In this document: positions 37,157 through 37,592 of the stretch, piece after piece | How positions within the stretch are numbered: position 1 is the stretch's first letter | How the letters are laid out: each line of letters begins with the position of its first letter | From: Verrucomicrobiota bacterium | GTDB lineage: Bacteria > Verrucomicrobiota > Verrucomicrobiia > Limisphaerales > JADLHS01 | Assembly: GCA_025457745.1 (NCBI GenBank) | Contig: JALOTT010000001.1 | Span: forward strand, 1 to 37,592 | Length of the DNA stretch: 37,592 nt | Reading direction: 5' to 3' | The notes under the pieces: model-generated | The model's input: only the letters and a program-made list of their open reading frames with translations | Database searches by the model: none | What the model was told of the DNA's origin: nothing | Program-made: the position numbers and the translations under genes

Positions 37157-37592
37157 ACCTTTCTTTGATGACATTGGAAATCTCGGTGGTGGCACTCGGC
37201 CTCGTGATGCTGCTGGCGGATTTGTGGCTGCCGGCGGAGCGCAAACGCGCGCTGGGTTACGCGGCAGCGGCGGCATTGGGACTCTTGTTCCTCAACAGCT
37301 TCACCGGCCATTGCAGTTGCGCCCTCAGCGGCGAGGCGTTCGGCGGGATGTTCGTGCAGGATGGGCTTTCGGTTTTCTTCAAGCGTTTCTTCCTGCTCGC
37401 AGCGGTTCTGGTGCTGATTCTGGCCGTGGAGTTCTCCGACCGCATCGCGGCGGGCGTCTCGGAGTATTACTCGCTCATCGTCTTCGCGCTGGCAGGAATG
37501 TTGTTCGCCGCGTCGTCAAACGACTTCCTGATGCTGTTCGTCTCCATCGAACTCATCACGATCACGTTCTACGTGCTGACGAGCTTTCAACG
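37153..37592 (+). CDS. nuoN: NADH-quinone oxidoreductase subunit N (partial, runs off window)
   Basis: ATGA overlap with nuoM; MNLSLMTLEISVVALGL...EYYSLIVFALAGMLFAASSNDFLMLFVSIELITITFYVL. Confidence 0.9.
   Translation, partial: MNLSLMTLEISVVALGLVMLLADLWLPAERKRALGYAAAAALGLLFLNSFTGHCSCALSGEAFGGMFVQDGLSVFFKRFFLLAAVLVLILAVEFSDRIAAGVSEYYSLIVFALAGMLFAASSNDFLMLFVSIELITITFYVLTSFQ

Overview
GC-rich bacterial chromosomal window; protein style is compatible with Verrucomicrobiota (inference only). Housekeeping genes: typA, pheS, gcvR-like, apgM, a sulfate-assimilation operon (sulfite reductase-DUF2061-cysH-cysD-cysN) and nuoL-nuoM-nuoN. These are mixed with defence-type or accessory genes (MmeI-like RM C-terminus, RqlH-like RecQ-PRTase plus DprA, SWIM-SNF2 helicase, RadC N-domain plus methyltransferase-nuclease fusion, GxxExxY nuclease) and several gene remnants. 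The main signal is a high density of short REP/REPIN-like palindromic elements of several families. At least eight lie in frame inside protein-coding genes, including pheS, nuoL and nuoM, adding 21-39 foreign residues each; sister copies occur intergenically or in other genes. A second signal is a GxxExxY gene bracketed by 33-bp inverted repeats (31/33 match) inside the cys operon, with an 'empty' relative one gene downstream, suggesting a minimal mobile unit and its MITE-like derivatives. No rRNA, tRNA, CRISPR array or RAYT transposase was recognised. All family assignments are from motif recognition, without database searches.
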